A DNA stretch of 64,000 nt from Geosiphon pyriformis uo1 (lineage: Eukaryota > Fungi > Glomeromycota): the NCBI GenBank assembly GCA_016748015.1, contig JAAOMT010000168.1, positions 43,991-107,990 on the forward strand, written 5' to 3'. Under the pieces are notes generated by a model. It ran no database searches. It was not told where the DNA came from and worked only from the letters and a program-made list of their open reading frames with translations. Shown here piece after piece: positions 26,475 through 39,719 of this stretch; within the stretch, counting starts at the first letter, position 1; every line of letters starts with the position of its first letter. The translations under genes were made by a program, and so were the position numbers.

Positions 26475-28378
26475 TGAGACTTGAAGAACAACGACAACTT
26501 TGAGCCAGCAAACAACTAATCAAACCTCACTAAAATAGAATTTACCAAAACTTCCAGAGCCACAAATTTAGATTCAAGACTGTTCAACTTAGAAGTTAAG
26601 ACCTTAGAACTGCTTAAGCCAAGAACCAGACCATCAGTAGCAATAAGAAGAGGGGTATTAGAAAGACTATCCAGACTATCCAAGACCATATTGGAAAGGG
26701 AATTTGAATTTGCAACCACAGATGGAACTGAAGCAAGAGGTTAAGAGACAGACATAGCAGGGGTTTCATTTGAAACAGGCACCAAAAACACCAACCTGGC
26801 ACCATTTAGGCGTTTTAGTATACATGCCACTTGGTCCAACAGGAGCCCCAAAGATTATTCCAAAGACAACAAGCAGTCATTTAAAGCAGAGTTAAGTGAG
26901 AAAGTAGAAGAAGGCAGACCACCAGAACCCGGACCACCAGAGGAAAAGAAACTTGAATCAGAACCAACAGAAAGACCAGAAGATGTAGATGCAGAAAAAA
27001 TAATCTGAGCTCACAATTTACTGCCAAAGGCAGCTGGGCAAGAAATGGGAACACTTTTTTTCACATACAACTTGGCAAGTTGGAGGCAATTTTCATCCAA
27101 AGTAACCTGCTTTATAAATGATTTTGGAAGCTTGGAAGTGGAAGCAATCTCAGCATCACACTCCAAAACTGAATGACTAAACTTCCCACACTTATTATAC
27201 TGAACAAAACCCAATTTAGCCCAAGAAAGCTTCACTCTACCAAAAATTAGAACCATGCAAAAAGCCGACTTCAACATTTTGTTAGACTCTAAGCCAACCA
27301 CAGCACAACGAGTCCTATTACCACTTTCTAATGACCGATTAATGACACACGTCTTCTCACTAGTCTCTTCCAAAAGATTTCCAAGATTATGCACAGTTGT
27401 ACCTACAGACAAAGTAAACAAAAGCACCCTAAACTGATCCCTTGATGTGCATGTCTCACAATTTCTCACAGCTTTGGCCATGCACACTGAATCTTTTCTG
27501 ATCAAGAATGACTACTTAGCTGCCAATAGATTTGCTTAACTCGATTTGGCAAACTCCACTACAGCCTTCTGCCACAGCCCAATGAGTTGCAATCGAATTG
27601 ACACCACTTGACCAAACTCAGAAAGAGCTGCAACGATCATTTCCTTTGGCATATCCATGGGAATTTCTTTGATCACCACAGCCCAATCTGAACAAAGCCT
27701 TTGTTTTTTCACATCATTGTTTATGATGATCTCTTTTTGTTTGGCCAATGACGCAGCTTTCCTCATGCTCTCCTCAAAAGTAAATATTGATCAGATGATC
27801 CCTTCAAATTTTGAGGGGGTAGTGGCTCTCCCAAAACCATTGATCTTTGCAAAAATTTTTCTAATCAATTGAGTTTTTGCCATTGCTAATTTGCCTTCAA
27901 CAGCTAAAAGATTGATATCCAAGGCAAAAAATTTTTTGACAAGCACCTCCACTTGAGTTTTGATGATAATAAGATTGACCCATTTGCTATTAAAAGAAAC
28001 TTTCTCTATTGGAAGAGGAAAAAGTTTCACCTCTTTATCCATGGCAAAGTTGGAGGAACTAAGGGGAGAGCCAAAATCTATGCCAGTACTTAATCTATTT
28101 GCTTTTGAAGTATTAACAACTGAATCCAGAAGAGAGCCATTACTACCACCAGACATATCAACGTTATTTTCATCACCAGATAAGCTTTCTACATCAAAAA
28201 AAGCACTATAACTAGAACCAGACTTCAGAGAAATGTTCTGCTTATTGCCAGAATGTTTAACATTCCCAAGAATGACTTTCTTCTTTTAAGTAAAGGAACC
28301 ATCAGCAGGACCATAAAAAGCACCTTTAGACACCTTTTTCTTTAACATACTGCCACTAGAAGCAGTCTCCAAATCCAT
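26471..28378 (-). pseudogene. LINE D ORF1 (RRM-like domains + CCHC relic)
   Basis: AVVIKEIPMDMPKEMIVAALSEFGQV, RVLLFTLSVGTT, knuckle relic YNKCGKFSHSVLEC, C-terminal KVLTSKLNSLESK. Confidence 0.88.
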
Positions 28379-30816
28379 GACAAAAGAGTTATTAGTTAAA
28401 GAAATGTTGATATAATACTAACAAAAAAAAAACAAAAACTTCTTTTTCAGAAAATAACTCATTGGGATTTTTTGGAGATAAGAAAAAAAGAAGTTTGTTT
28501 TTTGACTATCATAAAAGCTAAAACAAAATTAATAACAAAATTTATATATATTTAAACTTGTTTTTTTGACATAAATATTTAAAATAAAAAACTATTATTT
28601 TTATAATATTTTTTTAATTATTTAATAAATAAAATATAATTATTATTTAATATAAAACAATAAATTAAATATTTTAAATTAAAAAACAAATAATTAATAA
28701 TTAATTCAAAATTAATAATATGTTTTTTAGTTATTTTTAGCAAATATACAATACTATAAAATATTGTAATTAGAAAATTTACAATATTAATATATACTAT
28801 ATTATTATTATTAAGCAAATTTTTATATTTTATTTTTGTTTATAGCTTTAAAATAAATAATTATATATAATCTTTATATCCAATAATTAAACTACATATA
28901 CAATTAATTGGTTTTAATATAGTATTTTTAGCAGTATAAAAACCATTTAATTTTTTATTAACTATTTATTAAAAACAAACTTTTTACACAAAACTATCTA
29001 TAATTAATATTAAAAAAACACAAAACCAATATTTAAAATATTGCTAATAATACTAAACTCATATTAATTGAAAACTTTAATGAAAAAACTATTTACTTAA
29101 TAACTTATAACAAACAAATAAATTTAAGTTATAAATAAAAACATAATTTGAAAACTTTATTTTTTTATAATATATATATAATATATTAAAATATTTATTA
29201 TTATATAATTATTTTTAAATAATAATTAATAATTTTTTGTATAAAGTTTTTATTATGTAAATTTGTAAATTAATAATAAATTTACTTGTAATTATATAAA
29301 AGTTAAAATACTATAATAAAATAATAAAATATTAATTAATATTACTAATAAACAAAAAAGTTATTATTTTTATATTCAAACTAATTTTTTATAAAAAATA
29401 TCTAATGTATACTTAATAATTTAATAAAGTAATATATTTTGCCTAATATTATTTGATTATTTATTACCAAAAACACATTATTAATATATATTAAAAAAAT
29501 AAGTTTCAATAATATAATATAATTTGTTAATATATTAATTTACTTATTGCTTAAAACTTTAAAATAATCTTTGATTTTTATTTATTTTACAGAAATGTTT
29601 TTAAATTTATTTAAATTTTTTAATACAATAGTATTAAATTTAAAAATAGTTGTAAAAATTAAAAACTTTTAATAACAATACAAATTTACAAATATTCAAA
29701 AACTCTTAATTATCTAAAAAAATTGTAATAATAAATAATAATTGAATATATTTTAGTGTTAAACAATAACTTGCATCTTAATCAAAGTTAAAAAAAGCAA
29801 ATTATAAATGTTAATATTTATATTTAAATTAATATTAGAAAAATAAGCAATAATATTACTAATAGTAACAAATATATCTAAGTTTTTAATAGATTTATCA
29901 ATAAAAATTGAAATATTATATAAAATACAGCTTGTAAACTAAAATAAACAAAAGTTATAGCACTAATATCTAATACATATATATTGAACAGTTTTTCAAA
30001 AAATAATAAAAATTTTTAATTTAAACTATTTTCTATAATAAAATTCGAAATATAAATAAACTATAGAAAAATAAAGTCTTTTAAATTCATGTATTTTCAA
30101 CACTAAAAATTTTTTTATTTAAAATACAAATTATAATTGTTTAAAAATTTATTGACAAAAACAATACCAAAATATTTAAGAGATTTAATAATTTTAAAAT
30201 ATATAAAAGTCTTAGTACATTTAAGATAAAAAGATTTTGTTTAAAACAAAAAGTATTAGACATACTAACAACTAAAAAAATTTTATTGTTAAAAATATTT
30301 TCAAAATATTTGTTAAAAAATTGTTCATAAAATTAACTTTAAATTTAATAGAAAACTATAAAAAGCTTTAAAAAATTTAATCCAAAATCTGTAAATTTAA
30401 TAATCTATTCTGAAAAATTGGCCAAAAATGTTTTTAATATTAGCAAAACAAATTATTAAAACAACTTTATTCTTAGTCTGAATTTAATTAAATAACTTTA
30501 AATTATATAATAATGAATAATAGATTGTTTTATTTGGAAAGTTTTTAGGCAAATTAGATTAATATTTTAATATTTTTTAATTAAATAGCTTATTTTTTTA
30601 CATATATTCTTATTAATAAAGTTAAACTAAACTTTGTAATTAATAATAGACTATAATAAAATTAAAACTAAATAAAAAAAAATATATTTTTTTTTCTTTC
30701 ATCAATTCCCTGACCACAATGAAAGCAAAAAATAATTTTGAAGTTGTAGCTTTCTACTTTTCTTTCTTTCTTTGTTTTTGTCAGCTATTTCTTCAAATGT
30801 ACTTTTTTTTATTGAT

Positions 30817-32746
30817 ATGTATCTGGTGGGCTTGTCTGCTGATGGCTTTGAGTTTGGAGACTTGTTTAAGTGCCAAGAAAAACCATGTGAATACCATCTA
30901 TTTCTGTAATGTATCTTACAAAAAGCTGAAAAAGACTTTATTTGGTAATGTGGTGGATTTGTCTGCTGGCCCTCTCAGCCTAAAAGATATTGGTGATGCT
31001 GGTATCAAGCCTGTGGTGTTTTAGAGAAGCAAAGTTGGCAGTATTACTAGCAGTGTGAATGGTCTCTTAGATGTTAAAAATATGGCAAACATAGTTGCCA
31101 AAGAAACCAGCTATGCAGAATCAGGTGAGGACAATGATATAGATGAGACTACGCCAAGAAAAATTTGCATTCAGACGTATATGCTTAGCAAACCACTAAA
31201 ACAACCATTGTTTGAACATATAAGTAACAATGATAATGAGCTTAAACTTCCTCCTTGTGTGGTTATTGAATCCAATCAGTCATTACTGTTCAAGTCACAT
31301 GTCCCAATAAAATGGAATTTTGATTTGACAAAATTTTTCACACTTGATATTGAGCTTTCTGCAGTGCCTGAAAAAATGGTTGGTAATAAGTTGATTTTTT
31401 TGAAAAAAAATTTTTATCAAGTGGACAGTTTTGGAAGAGCCTCCACTTCCTCAAAATTTCCTAGAATCATTAGATCTTTCTTTACATCTAAATTGAATCT
31501 AAAAAGGGCTAGGGAATTGGCAATTTGTGAGAAAATTGTGGTAAATGATGGCTTGAAGAAAGTAAACATCTATTCAGATTGAGAGGTAATCATCAAAGAG
31601 ATCCCAGTAGATTTTTCTAAATTAGCAATTAAATCAGTTTTTTCTAAATTTGGTAAGATTGTATCAATTAAAATGCAATTGATTGGTGTGTGGCAAAAAG
31701 CATTGGTGGAGTTTGAATCTCCAGAGATAGCTAACTCTGTTGTCTCCAAATAGTCAATTCTCATAGGTAAAGATTCTGTGCATGTGGCTTTAGCAATTGA
31801 TAATAAACAATCTTGAATTTCAAGGGATCAACATTGGGCTTTGTTGTACACATTACCAGTTGGAATTACTTCTCATGATCTCTCTGATTTGCTGGATTCT
31901 TATGGTAAAAAAACCTGTTTTATTGGTCACAATCTTAATTTTTATGTTTGTGACAAATGTGCTGTGGTTTGTTTTGCTGATGAGACATCCAAGTTGGCTG
32001 CTTTTGGTTTCATTCCGGTCTTTAAGAGTGTGATCTTGCACTGGACTAGTCTCTCTCTGACCTGTTGTGCCAAGTGTAAACAATTTGGTCACATTTCTAA
32101 TGCATGTTCAGTTGGTGGGAATGTTGGAGTTCATGGGAAGCAGGTGGTAATTAATTAGGATCAGTTTCATTTGGCTAGTATTTATAAGAAGAAACAGGCT
32201 TTTGTTGTTCGTCTGGTCTCTTTTGGGGGTAAAACTTGGGCTCAGGTTGCTGGTAGTATTTTGTCTTGTGTGGTTTTTTCAGGTTCTTTTGGTGCTGGTC
32301 AGTCCCCTGGTGCCAAAACATTTTCATTTGCCTCTGTTTCCTCTAGTGGTCTTGACTTGTACAATCATATAACTTTTTTGAAACACTTTTTGGAGCTTTT
32401 GGCTAACCAGATTTCTGGCATTTTGAAAAAATTGAGTTTGGTGGATTCGGTGCCCCTGGTGGTTGCTTCTGAAGTCTTTTCTCTAGTTGTTCCTGTGTCT
32501 GTAGCCTTTGGCTTGAATTCAGATATAGCTTTGGTTGGTAAATTGGTGTCTTCTGTTTCCCCTTCTCTAGTTGTTAATAATATGATCAATAGTTTGAGTT
32601 CAAGTAGTTCTAAGGTTTTGACCACTAAAGTTGGTGGCCTAGAATCTAAGATGTTGGCTTTAGAAATATTGGTTGAATCTGTTTTAGAGAAATTGGACTA
32701 TTTGTGCTCGGGTTTGAGTTTATTGGCTTTTTTCTCTTCTCAATGA
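30817..32746 (+). pseudogene. LINE E ORF1
   Basis: VIIKEIPVDFSKLAIKSVFSKFGKI, LYTLPVGITSHDLSDLL, CCHC knuckle CAKCKQFGHISNAC. Confidence 0.88.
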
Positions 32747-35700
32747 GTGATCTTGTTTGGAAAATTGTGATGTGTAATATAAGAGGTCTGAATAATCTAG
32801 CCAAACAGGCTGATGTTATTCAATAGCACAAAGATATGAACAATCTGATTTCAATTTTTACCAAGACAAAACTCAAGAATAAGGTTTGCTTGTGAATAGT
32901 CAATAAATTTGATAGGGTTCGGATGTTCACGTTTGGTCTGGATTCTGGTCACATGAATTCTGGGGTTGCTATTGCTATAAACTATTCTTTGGCAAAATAT
33001 GTTTACAAAGTTTCTGAGGTGCCTGGTTGACTTTTATCCATCAAATTACTTTTCAAGAATAAACTTTCTGTGTTAATTTTGGGGCTTTACACTGGTGCTT
33101 TGTCTGTGGTTTGGTTTTCACAGACTGGTAAAATCAACTCTCTTATTACAAAGATTGTGAACAAATCTTCTTTTGTCATTCTTGAAGGTAATTTCAATGA
33201 AGATGGTTTATGTAAAAGTGCGAGTTTTAAAAAGTGTATTGATTTGGGGCTGGTTAATTTTTTGTCAGGTAGTCTGGTTCTGAAAAATCCTACATGGGAA
33301 AATTTGAGAAGCATGAAAAAAACAATTGATTACATGTTGGTTTTGGCTAATTTGGTTAATGTGGTAATGGATCATATTGTTGTGGATGTCAATGAACATT
33401 TTGACACTGATTATTAGGCAGTTTCTGTTTCAGTGGATTTGGGTGGTTTGCTAGATATTCAATTAAGCTCTCTTTGTAAACAAACAAACAAAAATCATTG
33501 AAAGTTTGATTTTAAAGATGTTGATAATACAAAGTAGAGCAAGTTTAAAGATGCTATGGCAGCCAATGCTGCCATGTTCTCTGATAATTTCATTGTTTTC
33601 AAGCAATTCTTGAATTTGAATGCAATATGAAATATTGTTTACAGGATTATGACATTGTTGGCTAATGAGATATTCAAGAAAAAGTGGTTTAAAGACTTCA
33701 ATGGTGTCTTTACCAAAGAATTTTCTAGGTTTTATAAACTGGAGTATTTGGTCTCAAAAATTGTTAAGGCTTCTCATGAGATATGTGATGTTAGCTTCAT
33801 TTCTTTTATAAAGTACTGGAATTCTTTGGACAATGCCAAAGTCTCAGTTATTCCGAATCTTGTGAACTCTGGTGCAAAGTCTAATCATGTGTGCTCTGTT
33901 CTTTTTGGGATAAGGAAGTCTTATCATGCCTCCTAGCTTGATGAGTCACATAAGACAGAGAAATCTAGTATTAGATCAGTTATAGATAAAAGAATAGAGA
34001 GTTTTGCTGTCAATAAAGGCCACACAATTAGAAGTGTTTTGGAATGTCTTTTCTGGAAGGTGGTGTTGGATCATTTGGTCTCTGATAATGAGCTAGTTCT
34101 AGATTCTGTTAAGGTTAAGACCAAGATTGATACAATTATGGAGGGCTAGACAAGAAAGAAAGTTGTGTCTGTTTGTGTTTCTAATATGTAGCAGTATTAG
34201 TATTTGCTTTTATCACATATTGATGATAATGCGTTTTCCAAAATTATGGTTCCTGTTGGTTTTAATAAATTGGTTTGTGTGGTTAAGAATTTACCTAATG
34301 GGAAGACTGCTGAGCTATCTGGCATTACAAATAAGATGTGAAAACACACTGACGATAAGATGCTCACTATGCTCTTAGACATTTTCAATCTTTGTTTATT
34401 GTGAGAATCTGTTTCACAATCTTGAAAGAAAGCTTGGGTGTCAATAATCCTTAAGCCTTATGAATAGGAAGATGTCTTGACTAATACTAGACCAATTGCA
34501 TTGATAGAGATGGCTCATAAAGTTCTTTTTAAGTTGTTGTCTAATAAGATTTTCTTGGTCTGTAGTAAATTTGGCATTCTTTACAGTGACAATTTTTCTG
34601 TGCTAAAGGGTATAATGACCCAGTTTTTTATCTTTGCTGTTGGGTCAGTGGTTGAAAATGCTTTAGAAAAGAATTGTGAGTTGTGGTTGGTCTTGCAGGA
34701 TATGCAGAAAGCTTATGACTCTGTGGGTTAGCATCATTTAAGGAATAGCTTGATTCAAATCAAGATATGTGACTGATTTATCTGGTTCTTTGGGAGCATT
34801 TATGGTAATAGAATCAACCGGATCATAACTGATTATGGTTTAACAGAAGGATACTGTGTGCATGATGGTCTGGATCAGGGTGAGGTTTTTTCTCCTCTGC
34901 TTTGGAAAATTTTTTATGACCCCTTGTTATGTGAATTAAATGACAGAAAAGTTTGTGTAGATATTGTATTAATATTAGATTTGTTGCTAAGACAGGCAGG
35001 CTGAAGACTCAGGGTGGAATGACCTCATTTCTTGCTGCTGGTGCTTTTGTTGATAACACAATTTGGGTTGGAAGCAGTCAGGTGGCCACTCAATATATTT
35101 TGGATATTGCTAGTAGTTTTTTTAAGGTCAATGACATTACAATTAACAATGAAAAGACAGTTGCCATCCCCATCAACCAGAGGATTAAGGATGCTTTTTT
35201 GTCAATAAGTGGTCTGCCAATATCTATTGCTCATAAAGAGGAGTGTCATAGATACTTTGGCATTTTTTTGTCTTTCGAGAGCTTGTCCAAGTTTAGCTTG
35301 GTAAAGACTTATTCAGATGTCAGATTTTTTGTCAATTTGGTTTTAAAGAAAGCCATATTAAATAAACAATTCCTTTATTTAGTCTTAGTAATACTGCAGC
35401 CAATAGTCAGTTACAGGACTCAGTTTAGTTTTGTTTCCAAGAATGTGTGTGCTAAGTAAGATGCTTTAATTAGGAGGGGTTTGAGGTTGAAGGCTGGTCT
35501 GCTGAGGGACTTCTTCAATGAGGCTCTTTATCATCCATTGCTATATGACTTGAAATTATTTAAGCAGTTGCAGACTGAATGTAAGATGGCTTCTTTGTTG
35601 AGTTTTTCGAATAATGGTGGACTTGTTGGTCATTTGTTTGAGCATAGAGTCTTGGATTTACAAGTTTTGAGCTGGTTGCCTATTTACTTTTTGTGTCACC

Positions 35701-37424
35701 CTGTCAAGTTGCATGCTAGTCTGGTAAACAATTTCTTGGCAGGTGTAATTAAGATCTTAATAAGTTGTAATATGTCTTTTGACAATTTTTTTCTGTCTGC
35801 TTTCCATTTTTTGGGTGGCACTTCAATGTCTTTTGTACTGAAAGATTCAGTATTTTATGGTGTTTCATATTTGCTTAGAAGATTTGGGATCATATTTGTT
35901 GATTAGTTATATAATAAGAAAGAATTAATTTTTGATTGGAAAAGCTTTTGTCAGTAAAAAAGACTTGATCCAAGAGGCTCTATTCCTTATTGGTTTAATT
36001 TGGCCTGTGATTTCTTGATCAAGTTCTCTATTTCTGTTGTTTTGCCTGTTGCTGGCTCTCAGTTTTTGGATGCTTATGTCTCTGATGTTGTATTTAAGAT
36101 AAGGCAGTGTCTTTTTGTTACTGATCTGGGTGTTATTAATGTCTACACAGATGGATTTTTAAGGAACCTGGATATGCAAAATATGAAGTGTGGTGTGGCT
36201 GCATATTTTTCCGATTTGGATTTGAGTATTAGCATTGGTGTTGATGGTTTGGTGTCCTCTATGTTGGCAGAAATACAAGCAATTATTTTGGCTCTGGAAT
36301 GCATTCTTTTTGGTAGTTCTGTTATAGTGTATTCAGACATTCAGGCTGCCTTAGATGTCTGTGCTGCTGAATTATTACTGGCTTTGCTGGACTTTCGCAG
36401 TTATTGCTAGATAGAATGGCATGGTGCAATGGCAGCTATTAGGAATAAAGAACTTAAAGTTTCTTGGTACAAGGTTAAAAGACATTTGGGCATATTGGGT
36501 AATAAACATGCTAATGAGCTGGCTGGCTTGGCTGCTGGCTCAAATTGTGTACTTTCTGTTTTGATCAAGGACAAGTTTGTTAGGACTGGTGAAGTGGCAA
36601 TGTTTGTGAATATTTGTTGTTTTACTCATAAGATTTTTGGAGCTGTTTATCAAGCTTGTTGGGAGGTTGAACCTGGCTCAAAGATTATTGATGCAAGTAT
36701 GATTAGAGATGTAGATTGGGTTTGTACTACCTTAGTTTGGCATCCTGACTCACACATGGCTGCTGGCTTTACCAGCAGGTTCACAGCTAATTTATGTTCA
36801 TACTTTATAAAGACTTTATACCATTATCTGCTGGTTGCTGTTCGAAAGCATATTTATAATAGCAGATATCCTAGTGTTTTGTGTTTTCATTATAAGGATA
36901 TTGAAGGTTCCAATTATTTTTTTATTTGTCTGTTTGATGCTAAAATTTGTGGTAATCTACTCAAATCCTATTTGGCTCAATGGGATACCCAATCAGGTTT
37001 GAGTCTGTTTTCATCTTGGATTATGCAGATGTTTTTTTTAAGTGTCTCAGAAAATTCTGTTTATTTGGCTTTATGTAAAGGTTTTTTGTTCAAAGATTGG
37101 TATTTGGAGGCTCTGTTTATTTTTGATGGTGCTAAGATTACTGGTGAAAATGTTGTGAAATTTGTTCGAGACTTGGGAGTAGCTCACTGTGCTAATGTAT
37201 GGTTGGTTCATGCCAAATTTAGATCATTTATGGAAAAGAGAGGACTGATCATGTGTGATGAGTCTTTATTGCCTGATGTCTATAGTCTGTTATTTTTGCT
37301 TTCTATTAAAGTTGTTCGATTATTAGGGGTTGCTAAGGCACTCAGTATTAGCTTTGGCTTTTGTAAGTCTTGTTGCTTTTTTTCTGACGTTGTTAATACT
37401 GTGTCTGTTAAGATATATTCATAG
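32743..37424 (+). pseudogene. LINE E ORF2 (APE-RT-RNase H)
   Basis: Starts MSDLVWKIVMCNIRG; TRPIALIE, QDMQKAYDSVG, GLDQGEVFSPLLW, AFVDN (decayed FVDD), VYTDGF, AEIQAI, KVKRHLG..GNKHAN. Confidence 0.92.
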
Positions 37425-39719
37425 TGTTGCTCTGATTGGTCCAAGTGGCTAGTCACATATAAAAAGTGCATAATTTGCATCTAGTTTAAATCACTTAATT
37501 TAATGTATTGTACTAGGTGGCATTTGGGCCTTACTTGTTAAATGAATAAAAAAAATAAAAATAAAAAAACCATTTATTAAAAAAAAATTTATATTTGTAT
37601 TAATTTTTTTTAAACTAAAAATAAAAAAACTTTTTGTTAACAAAAAATATTTAGATATAAATAAAATTTATTGGTTTTATAATTATAATAAAAGATTTAC
37701 TAATATATAAAAAAACTTTTTCAATTCTTAAATTAATTAAAATAATTATTGTTTTATTTATATTAATTAAAATGTTTATAATATTAAAACACTTATTAAG
37801 AATGTTTAAAATCTTTTGTGTAACTATATAATAGTTATTAATTTAGATTATATTATTAATAAAAACATTAATAATTAAGTATAATATTAATTTAATATTA
37901 GATTTAATTCTGTTAGTTTTTATAATAAACTTAAAATTCTATTTAATATCTATAAAAAACTTTATACTTTTTTATCTTACACAAAAAAGAGTCATAAAAT
38001 ATTTTCTATAAAAAGACAAAAACATTTTACTTTAATTTAAATTATTATAAATTTTATAATTTTTTATTAATTTAAAATTTATTATATTTCTATTTATAAA
38101 GTTATTGTAAATATATTTGAAAAATCAGATAAATTTATTACATATTTTAATTCTTTTTAAAATATTTTTTGATGTAATTATCTTATAAAATCGTAAATTT
38201 TACATATATTTTAAAAAACTAACCAAATTTTTCTGTTTTTTTTTTCAATATATTCTTAATAACAAAATTAATTACAAACACAAAAAATTAAGTTAATATG
38301 TCTTTTAATATTAAAAAATTGTTTTTTCTAAGAATTTCAAACTTGTTATAAACTACAAAAATCTAATTAAAAAAAATCTTTGACAAAATTTTTTAGCAAT
38401 TTCAATTAAAACAATTAGCTTAGTATTTATTAAAATGTTTTTCTATTTATATAGTTTTAGAATTATAAAAATCTATGTTTTTTGTTATGTATTAAAAAAT
38501 TTTTTTTTAATAAACACATATTTAAAAGTTACATTAAAACAAATTTATTACAATTTTTTTTTCATCTTATTAGTAATTTTAAAAAAACTTGTAGCTTTTT
38601 TTTTAAAAAAATTTTTTATAATTAATAACTTTTTATCAAAACCAATTTATTTTATAATATCACAAAATATATTGTTATTAATATAATTTAAAATAATCTT
38701 TTTAAAAAATTATTTTAATATATTTTTAATTATAGTGTTTTTATTATTAGCAAAAGTTTTTATATATTTAGTAATAATATTTTTTATGTACAAATTCTTT
38801 ATAGCTTTGAATTTACATATTTTATAATATTTATAAAGTTTTCTAAACTAAACCAAAATTTGTTTAATTTTATAATTATTAGATCTAATATTTAAAAAAT
38901 TTTAAAAACTTGTAACCTAATCTGAATCAAGTTTATTTTACTTATTTATTAAAATTCTAAACTCTTTTAAATTATTCAACTTAAATATTAAAATATAACT
39001 TAATTTTTGTAATAATTAAAATATTATTTTTTAATTTTTTATATTACTTAATAATATTATTTTGTTTAACAGAAACATTTATGTTTTTAATATTATAAAT
39101 AATTGTTTTTTAGATTAAGTTATTATTAGCAATAAAAAAAACCATATTATTATTTAAATAAAATAGATTAAACTTGTTTAAAACTGTTTTAAATAATTTT
39201 TTAACATCAACATTTTAGTTTTTAAATCATTAATTTTAAATATTAAAACTTTTGAGCTATTTAACAACTAAAAGAATTTATTTATTATTTTAAACACAAT
39301 TAAAAAATTTAACAACAGTCTATTAATAATTTTTTGTTTGTGTATTTTTTTTAGTTTTTGGCTAATAAAAAAAAATTTAACTTATATATAATTGCTAAAT
39401 TTTGATTAGCAAAAAATATTAATAAATATTTTAAAATATTTAAACAAAAATTCAAAGCTAAAACCATAATATTATTATTTAAAATATTAATATTATTATT
39501 TAATATTAAAGAATTATAAGAAAAAATATAAAATAAAATAGATTTTGCATTACTAATTATTAATATTTAAGTTTTACTACCAAAAACCAGATAATAAATT
39601 AAAAATTTGTTTTTTTACATATATATATGTAAAATACTACTTATTAAAATTAAACAAATAGCAGTATTTTTAAAAAAAAACCAAATTAAAACACATAATT
39701 ACATAGCAGAAAAATTTTT

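Larger units (their letters stand above)
21661..28504 (-). mobile_element. Near full-length LINE D (ORF1 + APE-RT-RNase H ORF2), multiple stops
   Basis: Poly(T) from 21661 on +, shared 3' UTR, candidate TSD ACTATCAT (21653-21660, 28505-28512), collinear ORF fragments over 21787-28378. Confidence 0.93.
30695..37560 (+). mobile_element. Full-length LINE E inserted antisense into L0'
   Basis: 5' motif TGACCACAATGAAAGC, ORF1 ~30817-32746, ORF2 32743-37424, shared 3' UTR, A-rich tail. Host L0' is contiguous on both sides with an AAATAAAAAAA-type TSD. Confidence 0.93.
28620..39700 (-). mobile_element. Old, extremely AT-decayed LINE L0', same subfamily as L0, interrupted by LINE E
   Basis: Reverse complements of 28730-28840, 30600-30680 and 37560-37760 align by eye with L0 at 21240-21350, 18690-18780 and 18480-18680. 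Confidence 0.78.
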
